DNA of 37,806 nucleotides from a virus (IMGVR_UViG_3300037484_000721:1-37806), one strand, 5' to 3'. Numbered from the stretch's first letter, positions 16,135 to 26,032 are shown. Made by a program: numbers and translations. Notes: generated by a model not told the origin, from the letters alone.

Positions 16135-17603
16135 TCACCCACATCGATACGGGCACGCACGCCCATGATCGCCATGCGACTGTTAATGACGAACGTAAAG
16201 CGCAAGATCCGCTGGAAGAACGAGCCAAGCCGATGCCATCGCGTGCGCGGGTTAGTCGCGGTACCGGATACTGCGGTCGAGTAACTGGAGCCGCCGTCGT
16301 CGCTCACTTGCAAGCTGCAGGTTCCTGAAGCTGATGTCTTCTGCATGTCCAAATAAATCTCGGGCATGAAGGCGCGCACGCCGCCATAGTCAACTTGCGG
16401 CACTGTCATCGTGCGCGTTGGGACGGCGCTCGTCGGGCTGTGCGCTGTGGTGTCGCCTGCATCGGTGAAGGTACCGGCGTCCACCAGATAGACAATGCCT
16501 TTGTTGCTTGCGCTATTTGCGCCGAGATAGACGCCTACACTCGCCAGGCCAGCGCCGACAGCAGGTAGGCCGACAACGCTCACAATCAACACGCCGGTGT
16601 ATCCGCCCGACGCGACGAGCGACGAGCCCCAGCGGTGCCATAGACCAGTTTCGAGGTTGCAAACGAGCGCCTCTTTTGCCGTGCCCGCCGTGTTGTTGAA
16701 CCCGCTTAAGCAATAGTACTGGACGCCATCATGCAAGAATGCCGAACCGTAGATGGTGACACCTTGCGCCGTTGCCGTCTCGAGGTATTTCTCAACCCAT
16801 GGCGTCGATATTGGCGTGGGGCGATTTCCATGCATGGAGTAGACACGCCGATCGTTGCCAAGCCAAAAGATGGTGTTGTTCAACTTGACGATCGTCAGAA
16901 CACCAAGCAGCAGTACGCCCGTTTCGATCAGGCCTGGAGAGCTGCGCGTGAATGGGAAGCCCGATCCGCCAGTATTGTAGTAGTGCTCGATCGAGTCCGT
17001 CTTAAAGGCGTAGACTTCGCGGTGGTCTGAGATGACGCCGACCAGAGATCCTGCGAGTGCATCAACCGTAGTAAAGTTGAGAGCGTTGATGGTTATCGGA
17101 TCGTCGACATTGCTCGCATAGAGCGAGTTGGTGCCAGTCTCCGTGTAAAGCGTTATGCCGTCCTGATAGGTGACATCGGAGAAATTGGCCCGTGAGCAGG
17201 CGAAGGATTCGGATGTGGTAATGGCTCGCGCGTTGGTGCCGTCCACGGCAACTATGTGCGTGTCGGCGTCCACCATGCGACACGGCCCCGTCCCGGGCAT
17301 GGTCCCGACAGGGACTGTCGTCCAGGCGCCGGCGAGCAGGTAGTGAATGCCCGTCCCGCGGATCACCCAAAGCTTGTCCGTGCCATCAAGGGAGTGGCAC
17401 ATGCCGCGAATGGCCCCGGACCCTACCGCCGTGAAGTCAACGACCGGCATCTTTATGCATGGCGTGTTGGCAACATGGAATGGCCTACGCGCCCCTGGCG
17501 GGTTGCGTTTAAGCATGAGGTTGGAGAGCTCTGCGTCGGAGACGTAGGTGGATCCATCTTCCCCCTGCGTCACGGCAAGCGGTATGTCCACCCACTCGCT
17601 CAT
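16131..17603 (-). CDS. Tail hub / packaged-DNA stabilization protein (P22 gp10-like)
   Basis: 490-aa beta-propeller-like pattern; SDDGGSSYS...RTRWHRLGSF C-terminal motif; follows the adaptor gene. Confidence 0.8.
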   Translation of the reverse strand: MSEWVDIPLAVTQGEDGSTYVSDAELSNLMLKRNPPGARRPFHVANTPCIKMPVVDFTAVGSGAIRGMCHSLDGTDKLWVIRGTGIHYLLAGAWTTVPVGTMPGTGPCRMVDADTHIVAVDGTNARAITTSESFACSRANFSDVTYQDGITLYTETGTNSLYASNVDDPITINALNFTTVDALAGSLVGVISDHREVYAFKTDSIEHYYNTGGSGFPFTRSSPGLIETGVLLLGVLTIVKLNNTIFWLGNDRRVYSMHGNRPTPISTPWVEKYLETATAQGVTIYGSAFLHDGVQYYCLSGFNNTAGTAKEALVCNLETGLWHRWGSSLVASGGYTGVLIVSVVGLPAVGAGLASVGVYLGANSASNKGIVYLVDAGTFTDAGDTTAHSPTSAVPTRTMTVPQVDYGGVRAFMPEIYLDMQKTSASGTCSLQVSDDGGSSYSTAVSGTATNPRTRWHRLGSFFQRILRFTFVINSRMAIMGVRARIDVGE

Positions 17604-17956
17604 TAGAAGTAATCCAGCTCAATCGGGATTGGGTGCCGGAACCCCGCAACTTGCCGCCCGAGCTCGCGCTCTGCGTCGATTGCGCCCTGCTTGAACTCGA
17701 GCAGGCGCTGGCCGCTTATGCCGTAGGATTGCGCCACGTCGGCAGCGACGACATCGCGGAGATGGATCTGCGCCCACGCTGGAACAGCGCTCGTCTCGAA
17801 CGGTACAAGCCCGAACTTGCGCAGACGCTCGTGCGCCGCGTCGACCGCTTCGTCGACCCACGCTTGATCGACAGTCGCAGGCGTCTCGCCGGCAGCAAGA
17901 ACGCCAAGGTGCTCGAGCACACGATTGCGGAGCGCTGCTTTTGCGATGTCAGCCAC
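17603..17956 (-). CDS. Head-to-tail adaptor (P22 gp4-like)
   Basis: LEHLGVLAAGETP...VAQSYG helical pattern; position between capsid and gp10-like genes; GGGAGG RBS. Confidence 0.7.
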   Translation of the reverse strand: MADIAKAALRNRVLEHLGVLAAGETPATVDQAWVDEAVDAAHERLRKFGLVPFETSAVPAWAQIHLRDVVAADVAQSYGISGQRLLEFKQGAIDAERELGRQVAGFRHPIPIELDYF

Positions 17957-17978
17957 AACAGCCCTCCCACCGTACTAG

Positions 17979-18509
17979 CTAGTCTTTTGCGTCGTGTTTC
18001 TTAGCTTTGGCCTTCGTGCTCTCTTTGACTTCGTGTGCTTCGGCCTTTACTTCGTCGACTTCGGCCTTTGCTTCTTTGGCTTCGGCCTTCGTGCTCTCTT
18101 TGACTTCGGCCTTGGCTTCAACCTCTGCGAAGCCCGGCATGCCGCGAAGCTTGAGCGCGAGTGACGCGTCAACCTTTACCGGCTTACCAGCCGCGAAAAC
18201 CACGTCGCGGATGGTCACCGTCTCCATGGCATTGCGCTCGATTCTCGGTGCGCCACCCATGACAGGGCGACCCGCTGTGTCGACAACCACGCGACCAGCT
18301 GGCTTATAGGAGACACGGCCCGCGCGGTCGGTGACCGGGAACCCCTTGTCATCCAAGACAACGTCACGGTCGCCGGTGAGAAGCGGCATCGGGTGAGACA
18401 CCGTGTCTTCGAGCGAGCCGTCATAGACGAAAACACCAGGGCCGCGCTTGAGCTGTGCTTGGCGTTTCTTGCGGGTGTTGTTGTCTTCGTCGCGGGATGT
18501 GATGTGCAT
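17979..18509 (-). CDS. Hypothetical capsid-adjacent protein with K/E/A-rich tail
   Basis: Directly after the capsid gene; EVKESTKA repeated. Confidence 0.65.
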   Translation of the reverse strand: MHITSRDEDNNTRKKRQAQLKRGPGVFVYDGSLEDTVSHPMPLLTGDRDVVLDDKGFPVTDRAGRVSYKPAGRVVVDTAGRPVMGGAPRIERNAMETVTIRDVVFAAGKPVKVDASLALKLRGMPGFAEVEAKAEVKESTKAEAKEAKAEVDEVKAEAHEVKESTKAKAKKHDAKD

Positions 18510-18539
18510 GTGCGGAGTGTCCTATGAGGAAAATGGCGC

Positions 18540-18575
18540 AGGCCCGAGGCAGATCCGAGGATCCGCCAGGGGCCT
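18540..18575 (-). other. Stem-loop after the major capsid gene (mRNA stabiliser or partial terminator)
   Basis: Minus strand AGGCCC-CT-GGC-GGATC-CTCG-GATCT-GCC-TC-GGGCCT; no U-run directly after the stem. Confidence 0.5.
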
Positions 18576-18588
18576 GGCCTATTATTGG

Positions 18589-19701
18589 TTAGTCGCCAAC
18601 GGCCGAGGCGTAGATACGGCCGTATCCGTGGTCGAAGCTGTTGAAGACCGACTTGGTGCAACCGCGCACCTCTTCAACGGCAACGCCGCGCTTGTTCTTG
18701 TAGTCAAAGTCATCCGGGATGACCTGCATGCGTTGCGCGTACTCGAGGATCAAAGCCTGCGCGCCGCAGAAGTGGATCATTGATACGTCGATCGCTCCGG
18801 CGCCGACGCCGGTAATCAACGCACCGCCAGACGTGGCCGTGGTACGATCCATTTCTGGCATCTCAAACACGAAGACGTTTCCGACCTTGATTGCGCCACC
18901 CGCGAAGATGATGTTCTTGTCGCCACGGACATCAGCATTCTGGTGGATGGTGTCCATGTTGGCTTGCAAGTCGCGAAACGCCAGCGAGCCGGCCAGCGCA
19001 TAGTAACGCTCGCCGCCAACGCCTTTTTCGTCACCCGCTACCATCACGGGACGGACGTGCGGGTCTGCACCCTGCACGCGTCGCCGCTCGAGGCGGATCA
19101 TGTCTTGGTGCAAATCGTCGGCAGTGCCGTCGATATTTGCTAGACCTGACGAGTGGTCGGTCGTGGCATTGGAGATCAACGCGCCGAACAAAATGCGTCC
19201 ATTGGACGTGGACGGGTTGTTGGCAACGAGCCACGCATCTTTGGTGGCTTCCGAGCTTGCCGAGTACACCTCGGTGCCGTCGGTGCTGGCGCAGGCGAAA
19301 CGCGCGAGCTTAAGATCACGCGAGCGCTCGGCCATCCACGACCGCAGCATCTTCGCGCCAACTTTGGCGAGGTCGAAGGTGCTCTTGATGTTTTCGTACT
19401 TGCCGACAATGACGCCGTTGCGCAGCTCGTGAACGGTTACCGAGCAACCGTGGTTAGGCTGGCTCTCCTCGTTCCCTTCGAGCGTCTGGCCGTCCGTCAC
19501 GCCGGCGCTGGAGAGGCGACCGATCAAGGTGCGCGTGATGGTGATACCAGGCTTAGCGCCCAGGGTCTCGCCATAGTGAATGACGCTGTTCTCGCCAGTC
19601 CCGGTGAGGAACTTGAGCGGGTCGAGCCGTTGATATTCGAAGAATTCGCCATCGGCCCATTGCTGGACCTGGAGCGCGCTAGCTACTTCTGATTGTGCCA
19701 T
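18589..19701 (-). CDS. Major capsid protein (DUF4043 / N4-gp56-like)
   Basis: GITITRTLIGRLSSAGVTDGQTLEGNEE...LRNGV and GAQAL...DFDYKNKRGVA motifs; follows the scaffold gene; GAGG RBS. Confidence 0.88.
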   Translation of the reverse strand: MAQSEVASALQVQQWADGEFFEYQRLDPLKFLTGTGENSVIHYGETLGAKPGITITRTLIGRLSSAGVTDGQTLEGNEESQPNHGCSVTVHELRNGVIVGKYENIKSTFDLAKVGAKMLRSWMAERSRDLKLARFACASTDGTEVYSASSEATKDAWLVANNPSTSNGRILFGALISNATTDHSSGLANIDGTADDLHQDMIRLERRRVQGADPHVRPVMVAGDEKGVGGERYYALAGSLAFRDLQANMDTIHQNADVRGDKNIIFAGGAIKVGNVFVFEMPEMDRTTATSGGALITGVGAGAIDVSMIHFCGAQALILEYAQRMQVIPDDFDYKNKRGVAVEEVRGCTKSVFNSFDHGYGRIYASAVGD

Positions 19702-19721
19702 GACGGTGCCTCAGTGGGGCG

Positions 19722-20603
19722 TCAGACGCTCGGACCGGTGAAGAATGTCTCCGCCGCCCGTGGGCCCGACCACTCCCGTGTGGTGCTGGCGCCGCTTCCG
19801 CGTGCGCCGGCGATTGATCTGCTGGGGATGGGTGACTTGGCAGGCGGTCGTGGTGCTGCTGATGTCGGCTCCGAGGATCCGCTCAATTCCGCGCGCAACC
19901 GCTCGCGCTCGGCATCTCGCCAAGCCTCCGGGTCGCGCTCGAACTCACCACGCTCTTTAAGCGCGGTGGCTTTTTGGTAGAGCGCCTCGGCCGGGACGGG
20001 CTGCGCAAAAACCTCTTGCAGTAAGCTCGGATCCTTGGCCGCACACTCTAAAAAGTAAGCCTTCTTTTCCTCGTAATCGGCATGCTCCCGGCGAGCATAG
20101 AACTCGCTGACGTTGGCGCGCTGCACTGTTGCAACCGCCTCCGGGTCGACTCGCTGGCGATTAATGTAGCCAACCGGGTCCTCCCAGTACTCGTCATTTG
20201 GGTCGCGCTCTTGCTTCTCTGACTCTTTGGTGCCCGACGCCGCAGGCCGTTGCTCAAGCATGCGTCGCATGGCCGCCACTTCGCCATCGAGGCGATAGCG
20301 CTCGCGTTCCACTTCCTGCCATTGCTTACGAAAGCGCCTCTTGTCGCCGCGTGCGGCTCCAAGCGCTTTCTTCAGGCCGTCGAGATTCTCCGGGACCGAC
20401 TCTTCCGGCTCGTTGTCGTCGTCGGCTTTCGCCTGCGCCGGCAGCTTCGCCTGGTCAGTACCACCGGCGGCAACTTTCGATGCCTCCGGCTCAGCCCGCA
20501 CCTGCTCGGTGCGTTCGGGCTCCTGCGCCTTGTCGGCAGACGAATCACTCGCCGCCGCCTCATCGCCGGTGCTCTTGCCGTCGAAAAATTCTGTGACGTC
20601 CAT
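19722..20603 (-). CDS. Scaffolding protein
   Basis: Acidic disordered N-terminus, coiled coil, P-rich C-terminus; immediately upstream of the capsid gene. Confidence 0.75.
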   Translation of the reverse strand: MDVTEFFDGKSTGDEAAASDSSADKAQEPERTEQVRAEPEASKVAAGGTDQAKLPAQAKADDDNEPEESVPENLDGLKKALGAARGDKRRFRKQWQEVERERYRLDGEVAAMRRMLEQRPAASGTKESEKQERDPNDEYWEDPVGYINRQRVDPEAVATVQRANVSEFYARREHADYEEKKAYFLECAAKDPSLLQEVFAQPVPAEALYQKATALKERGEFERDPEAWRDAERERLRAELSGSSEPTSAAPRPPAKSPIPSRSIAGARGSGASTTREWSGPRAAETFFTGPSV

Positions 20604-20775
20604 AGTACTCCATCGCCCGTGTCAGCCGGCGGCGCCTCACACCACACATCACATGTGGTGTAACTTACACATATGCCTTGTGGCGTATGCTGCACACATG
20701 ATACACCATATGTGCAACTTGTTGCAAGCTCATCGTGCACGTCGTTGCACGTGAAACAATTGGAGACCATGAGAA
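20604..20775. promoter_or_regulatory. Divergent late control region packed with palindromes
   Basis: Non-coding, lower GC, between divergent starts at 20603(-) and 20776(+); six overlapping inverted repeats. Confidence 0.6.
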
Positions 20776-21699
20776 ATGAGCAAATCACGCCACATCGCCC
20801 TCGCAGCGCTTGTCACTCTCACCGCCGGGGCCGTTTACGCGGCGAATACCCAGGTCAGCCCTAGTGCATTTAAGGCTGCAGGTCGGACCGGGTACGTCTA
20901 CGGGCGTTCGGACGGCGTGTTTCAGGAAGAAAATAGCAAAGCGCCGTACATCATCGAGAACGGCACGGCCGCCAAAGAAGCTGGCTTCGGTTATTACGAG
21001 AGCTTTACGCCTGGCGAGTACTCCACCGATCCTTCGGTGTTCCTGACCGTCGCCGGGGTGGTGGCGGCTGCCAACGCACAAGAGCTCAACATAGGCTACT
21101 ACGGGCCGCACGCATTCATTTTTGGCCAGTCAACTGCGCAAACGCTTCGGCCGGCCATGACTTCGATCGGTCTCAACATCGCCGCTGACTTGGTTAGCGC
21201 CGAGGCCTACGAGATGTTCGCCGGCATTCTTGGCGCCAGCGGCCGTCCTGCCGTGATTGGCAAAGACCCGGCGTTTTACTTCTGCGCCACGGCAGAGATT
21301 AACGATGCATCCGGCGCGAGCGACTGGCACGTCGGCTGGCGCTCGGCCGAGGTTACTCAGGTCAAGGCCATTACGAGCTACCTGAACTACGCAACCATCG
21401 GCATCGAGGGCACGTCAAACCCGAACACCATCCAGATCATGACGGGCAATGATGGCACTGACGTCACCACCGACACCACCGACACATGGGCCGATGCAGC
21501 GAGCAAGAAGCTCTGCGTCAACGTCAGTGCCGCCGGCGTGGTCACGTACACCATAAACGATGCCGCTCCGACCACCACAGCGGCGTTTACCTTCGATGAC
21601 GGTGACGCCGTGATCCCGTTCATTGCGTCCGAGCACAGCGGCGATGCCGCCACCGACACTTTCGATATCACCCTGTGGGAAGTTGGATATCAAGAATAA
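20776..21699 (+). CDS. Signal-peptide protein, paralogue of 21957-23213 (beta-sandwich/lectin-like domain)
   Basis: MSKSRHIALAALVTLTAGAVYA leader; aligns by eye with the 418-aa protein. Confidence 0.8.
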   Translation: MSKSRHIALAALVTLTAGAVYAANTQVSPSAFKAAGRTGYVYGRSDGVFQEENSKAPYIIENGTAAKEAGFGYYESFTPGEYSTDPSVFLTVAGVVAAANAQELNIGYYGPHAFIFGQSTAQTLRPAMTSIGLNIAADLVSAEAYEMFAGILGASGRPAVIGKDPAFYFCATAEINDASGASDWHVGWRSAEVTQVKAITSYLNYATIGIEGTSNPNTIQIMTGNDGTDVTTDTTDTWADAASKKLCVNVSAAGVVTYTINDAAPTTTAAFTFDDGDAVIPFIASEHSGDAATDTFDITLWEVGYQE

Positions 21700-21947
21700 T
21701 GCGACTCCTGCTCATTGTCGCAATCGCAACGCTTGGCGCCGCATGTGGCCCAAAGCCTAAGAACGCAATCGCTCCAATCTGTGCTGTTTGGTCCTGCGTC
21801 CACGACAAGAGTGGCCCGACCGAATGCACATGCCTCGAAGCTGGGAAGCCCCAGCCAAGGCCGTCAAGCGTCAGCAGCGATTGTCCCGAGTGGACCTGTA
21901 AACACGACAACCACGGCATGAGCGAATGCGGGTGTGTCAAGCAATAG
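21699..21947 (+). CDS. Cys-rich lipoprotein (82 aa)
   Basis: TAATG coupling; MRLLLIVAIATLGAA-C lipobox-like signal; two CxxWxCxHDxxGxxECxC repeats. Confidence 0.75.
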   Translation: MRLLLIVAIATLGAACGPKPKNAIAPICAVWSCVHDKSGPTECTCLEAGKPQPRPSSVSSDCPEWTCKHDNHGMSECGCVKQ

Positions 21948-21956
21948 GGGGCCGCC

Positions 21957-23213
21957 ATGGCTCAGTTAGATCCGAGTCGATACCGCCTGCTGTCAGGGAC
22001 GTTCCGCTACGGCACGTCAGACGGCCTCTATTACGATTCCACCAACGGCACACTGGTTCTTGCGCTCGGTGACTCTATCGTCGACGTCATTACAGCGACG
22101 GGCAGCACTGCCGACCTCGAGGTGTCGAGCGAGGCACGCGGCGACATGCTGCGTCGCGGTGCATCCGCATGGGAACGACACTCGGCAAAGACCAGCGGCC
22201 AGATCCTTGTTGGCGATGGAACCGACGTCGTATCCGTCGCAGTCAGCGGTGACGCCACCCTGTCGTCAGCAGGCGCAGTCGCAGTCACTGACCTAAGTCT
22301 GGCGAGTGAAGCCCGCGGCGACATTGCCAGGCGTGGCGCTACCGTATGGGCGGCACACTCGGCCAAAGCGGCCGGGCAAGTGCTGCTAGGCGACGGCACC
22401 GATGTGATCTCGACCGCACTAAGCGGCGACATCGACGCGGTGAGCTCGGCAGGCGTCGTACGACTCTCCGAGGAAGGCATTGCGCAACGCGCCTTCTCTG
22501 AAGATTTCAACGCCCTAGATACCGTCGACCAGGTGTCAATCATCCTACCAAGCGGTCTCGCTGCATCGGGCGCAACAGGGGTGATGAATCACCTCTACAG
22601 CCCAAGCGGCAAGGTGTACTGCATCGCGTCTCTAGGAGCCGGGCAAACCTTGTTCCCGAGCGTCGTTGCCGCAGGGCTCGACATCGGCGGCGACCAAACC
22701 GATGACGAAGGCTGGGAGATATTCTCTCACTTTGCCGGAGCTACCGGGCGACCATTCATCGTCGGTCGTGACGCGGCGTTCTACTTCACGTGTAAAATTG
22801 TCTTCGGCAATGCGGACGGACTCGACCATTTGATGGTGGGCTTGCGTCGCGCCGGGCCGCACCTGGCAACACCGGGCGATATTCAGGATTACGCAACGTT
22901 CGGCGTCAGTACGGCGGCGGATCCTATGGCCGTCAAGCTTTTGACCGGGCTCGGTGGCACCGACACCGAAACCGACACGACGCAGACCATGGTCGGCACC
23001 ACGGCGGTGCAGTTCAAGATCTTGGTAAGTGCCGCCGGGGTTGTCACGTTCCAACACGACATCGTGACGCCAGGCACGCTCGCCGCGCCAACTGCCACCG
23101 TGGCACTGACGCTTGATGACGGCGATCCCATGATCCCGTTCGTGCGGTTTCTCAACGTCGCGGCCTTCGCCACTAGCGTCACCATACACAGCTGGGATGC
23201 GGGTTACCAATAG
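21957..23213 (+). CDS. Fibre-like virion protein with two shaft repeats and a C-terminal beta-sandwich domain
   Basis: Two about 58-aa repeats (SEARGD..RRGA..W..HSAK..GQ.L.GDGTDV.S.A.SGD); no signal peptide. Confidence 0.75.
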   Translation: MAQLDPSRYRLLSGTFRYGTSDGLYYDSTNGTLVLALGDSIVDVITATGSTADLEVSSEARGDMLRRGASAWERHSAKTSGQILVGDGTDVVSVAVSGDATLSSAGAVAVTDLSLASEARGDIARRGATVWAAHSAKAAGQVLLGDGTDVISTALSGDIDAVSSAGVVRLSEEGIAQRAFSEDFNALDTVDQVSIILPSGLAASGATGVMNHLYSPSGKVYCIASLGAGQTLFPSVVAAGLDIGGDQTDDEGWEIFSHFAGATGRPFIVGRDAAFYFTCKIVFGNADGLDHLMVGLRRAGPHLATPGDIQDYATFGVSTAADPMAVKLLTGLGGTDTETDTTQTMVGTTAVQFKILVSAAGVVTFQHDIVTPGTLAAPTATVALTLDDGDPMIPFVRFLNVAAFATSVTIHSWDAGYQ

Positions 23214-23226
23214 GGAGCCGTAGCAC

Positions 23227-25344
23227 ATGACGAGCTACGGTACGGATGGACCCAAGGATGATGTCGATAAGGCGCCTAAGGTTGAGGCGCCATCGCTCAC
23301 CCGCAGGGTCGAGTACGTCGAGTCGTTTCTCGAAGAGACGTTCGAGCAGCGCAAGGCGTCCATGCTGTGCCGCGATTTCTACGACGGCCACCAGCTTGAC
23401 GCAGACGAGATTAAGAAGCTTCGCAAGCGCAAGCAACCGGAGCTCGTCTATAACCTTGTCGCGCCGAAGATCAACTTCGTGCTCGGTGAAGAGATTTTGC
23501 GCCGCGTCGACCCCGTCGCCATGCCGCGCACCATGCAACACGACGATGCAGCTCGTGCCGCTACTGACGCTCTACGCTTTGTTGAAGAGGAGCAGAAGTT
23601 CGACATCGTGCGCAGCTCGTTTGCCAAGAACCTTATGGTCGAGGGCACAGGCGGCGCCATCAAAGAGCTCGAGCAGGGCACCGACCGCGTAAAGCACAGG
23701 CTACGGCATATCGAGTGGGACCGGCTTATCTGGGATCCGCACAGCCGCTCGCTGCTGTTCGACGACGCCAAATACCTCGGGATCTTGATATGGATGGATC
23801 TCGCCGATGCTATCGCGCGCTGGCCAAAGGCTGAAGACGACCTACGCGCCGCGCTGCACAACGACATCTCGCGCGACGACGGAGCGACCAGCGACAAGCC
23901 CAGGTTCGCATGGGCCGACTCCAAGCGTGAGCGCGTACAGATCGCCGAGCTGTATATAAACATCGATGGCAGCTGGCTCAAGAGCTGCTTCACCCAGGGT
24001 GCCGACCTAGAAAAGCCAGCACCGACTGGCTACCTCGACGAAGCCGGCGAGAAGCACCTTTGCCCGCTGCGTATGGCGTCTTGCTACATCGACCGCGAAG
24101 GGCGGCGCTATGGCGTCGTCCACAACATGATCTCGCCGCAGCGGGCCCACAACAAGCACAAGTCGAAGCTCCTGCACATCGTCACGGCCAAGCCTGTCAT
24201 GGCCGAGCGTGACGCCGTGCGAGACCCGCAAGACTTTCAGACGCAGCTAGCCAGGCCAGACGGCTTTGCCGAGACAGAGCCAGGCGCTCTCTCTGGCGGA
24301 CGCGTCCAAGTCCTCGATCAGATGCAGCTCGCCACGGCACACATGCAGCTGGTGCAAGAGTCCAAGGCCGATATCAACAGCATTGGCCCGACCGCGAGTC
24401 AGATGCCCGACTTGCCCACCGGTTCGTCTGGACGGGCTTTGCTTGCGCGCCAGCGGGCTGCATCGCAGGAGCTCGGCAACCCGTTTGACACCATCCGCCA
24501 ATGGACGCTTGGCCTCTTCGAACTCGACTGGCTGTGTGTCTGCCAGCATTGGACCGAGGAGACGTGGCTGCGCGTGACCGACGACGAGGCGCGCACAGGC
24601 TACCGCTTTATTGCCCTCAACCGCCAGATGACCCGTGCACAAAGGCTACAGGAGTTGCTCGGCGAAGGCGTGGCCATCGAGAGCGCTATCTCGACAGCGG
24701 CAGGCAATTGGGCGCCGGCGGTCATGCGCCAGGCCCAGCAACAGCTACAGCAAGGCCAGCAGATGGCAGCCATGCAGAGCCAGCAGACCGGCCAACCTCC
24801 GCCAGAGATGCCGCCTGACGCGCTGGCCCAAGCCGTCATGGGTCACCCGCTAATGGCCGAGCCCATCACGCACAACCAAGTCGACCAGATGTTGATGGAC
24901 ATCGTCATCGAAGAGGCGCCGGAGACGGCCGTCCTGCAAGAAGAGGAGTTCGAGAAATGGTCGAACCTCGTTCCGTCGCTTGTTCAGGGCGGGCTTGATC
25001 CACGCGAGGCAGCCAAGATCACAGTCGAGCTCTCACAGCTGCGCGAGCGTCGCCGCGTCCTCGATATGCTCAACAAGCCACCAGACCAGCAGCAAGCCCA
25101 GGTGCAGCAACAGCAACAACAGATGGCCATGCAACAGGCACAGGTTGGCATCGCCAAGACGCAATCAGAGGCACAGCTCAACGCGGCCAGGGCTGCGACG
25201 GAGCAGGCGCGCGGTCAGGTCATGGGCGCCAAGACCCCGAGCGAGATCGAGAAGAATCAGGCTTCGGCAATGGCTGACACAGCCTACGCCGGCGAGACGG
25301 CGGGCCGTGGCGGCTCGCAACACGGAGGTTCGCGATGGCAGTAA
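23227..25344 (+). CDS. Portal protein (P22-like)
   Basis: 705 aa; DFYDGHQL...LRKRKQPELVYNLVAPKINFVLG; YGVVHNMISPQRAHNKHKSK; SGRALLARQ; Q-rich barrel-type C-terminus. Confidence 0.9.
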   Translation: MTSYGTDGPKDDVDKAPKVEAPSLTRRVEYVESFLEETFEQRKASMLCRDFYDGHQLDADEIKKLRKRKQPELVYNLVAPKINFVLGEEILRRVDPVAMPRTMQHDDAARAATDALRFVEEEQKFDIVRSSFAKNLMVEGTGGAIKELEQGTDRVKHRLRHIEWDRLIWDPHSRSLLFDDAKYLGILIWMDLADAIARWPKAEDDLRAALHNDISRDDGATSDKPRFAWADSKRERVQIAELYINIDGSWLKSCFTQGADLEKPAPTGYLDEAGEKHLCPLRMASCYIDREGRRYGVVHNMISPQRAHNKHKSKLLHIVTAKPVMAERDAVRDPQDFQTQLARPDGFAETEPGALSGGRVQVLDQMQLATAHMQLVQESKADINSIGPTASQMPDLPTGSSGRALLARQRAASQELGNPFDTIRQWTLGLFELDWLCVCQHWTEETWLRVTDDEARTGYRFIALNRQMTRAQRLQELLGEGVAIESAISTAAGNWAPAVMRQAQQQLQQGQQMAAMQSQQTGQPPPEMPPDALAQAVMGHPLMAEPITHNQVDQMLMDIVIEEAPETAVLQEEEFEKWSNLVPSLVQGGLDPREAAKITVELSQLRERRRVLDMLNKPPDQQQAQVQQQQQQMAMQQAQVGIAKTQSEAQLNAARAATEQARGQVMGAKTPSEIEKNQASAMADTAYAGETAGRGGSQHGGSRWQ

Positions 25345-25691
25345 AGCGTTGGTACAAACCCGAGCGCCATCGGGCCCGTAAGAAGGGCGTCGTCGGCAAG
25401 ATTGCGCCCATAGGCTGCCCCGATGCCTCGCAAGCCGAGGTGGTGTCGGCACTGGCTGCTATCTGCGATGCGTCCTGCGTTCGCGTCGGCCGAGGCGGCG
25501 AGTATGACCAGCTGAAAGACGAGTACACGGTGATCGCCAAGGTGCTAGACGGCGGCCGTCTCGACGGCATCTGGACTGGCAAGGTTCAGGACGTGAAGAT
25601 CAAGGGCGACGTCGTGGCCGACGCTATCCGCTGGGCGCGACATGCGTGGGGCGGACGCTATGACCGGCCCATGACTTGGGCGAGCCAGTGA
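25335..25691 (+). CDS. Hypothetical protein
   Basis: GGAGG RBS; overlaps the portal stop. Confidence 0.6.
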   Translation: MAVKRWYKPERHRARKKGVVGKIAPIGCPDASQAEVVSALAAICDASCVRVGRGGEYDQLKDEYTVIAKVLDGGRLDGIWTGKVQDVKIKGDVVADAIRWARHAWGGRYDRPMTWASQ

Positions 25692-26023
25692 GTAGCTCGA
25701 CCGTCATCATGCCGCTTCGGCGCACGCGCTATTTCCGCGATGCCTACGGTAACCTCACGACGTCCAAGCGCGAGGACGAGATTGTGCAGGTCGTGCTCAA
25801 TTGGGATCCGTGGCTCGCGGCGGGCGAGAGCATCTCATCGGTGGCCTATGACGACAGCGGCGTAACTCGCAGCGCGACCACCAATACCGGCAGTGTCACT
25901 ACCACGAGCGTCACCGGCAGCGGGTCATTCGAGGTGACCGTCACGCTATCGACCGGGCGCAAGCTGCAACAGGTCGTCCGCTTCATCTCAACAGACACAG
26001 GCGTCACAAGCGACTACCGCTAG
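25688..26023 (+). CDS. Putative fibre-tail adaptor protein
   Basis: KREDE...LNWDPWLAAGESISS...VTVTLSTGRK pattern recalls phage fibre adaptor proteins; GTGA coupling. Confidence 0.6.
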   Translation: MSSSTVIMPLRRTRYFRDAYGNLTTSKREDEIVQVVLNWDPWLAAGESISSVAYDDSGVTRSATTNTGSVTTTSVTGSGSFEVTVTLSTGRKLQQVVRFISTDTGVTSDYR

Positions 26024-26032
26024 GAGGCCAAC

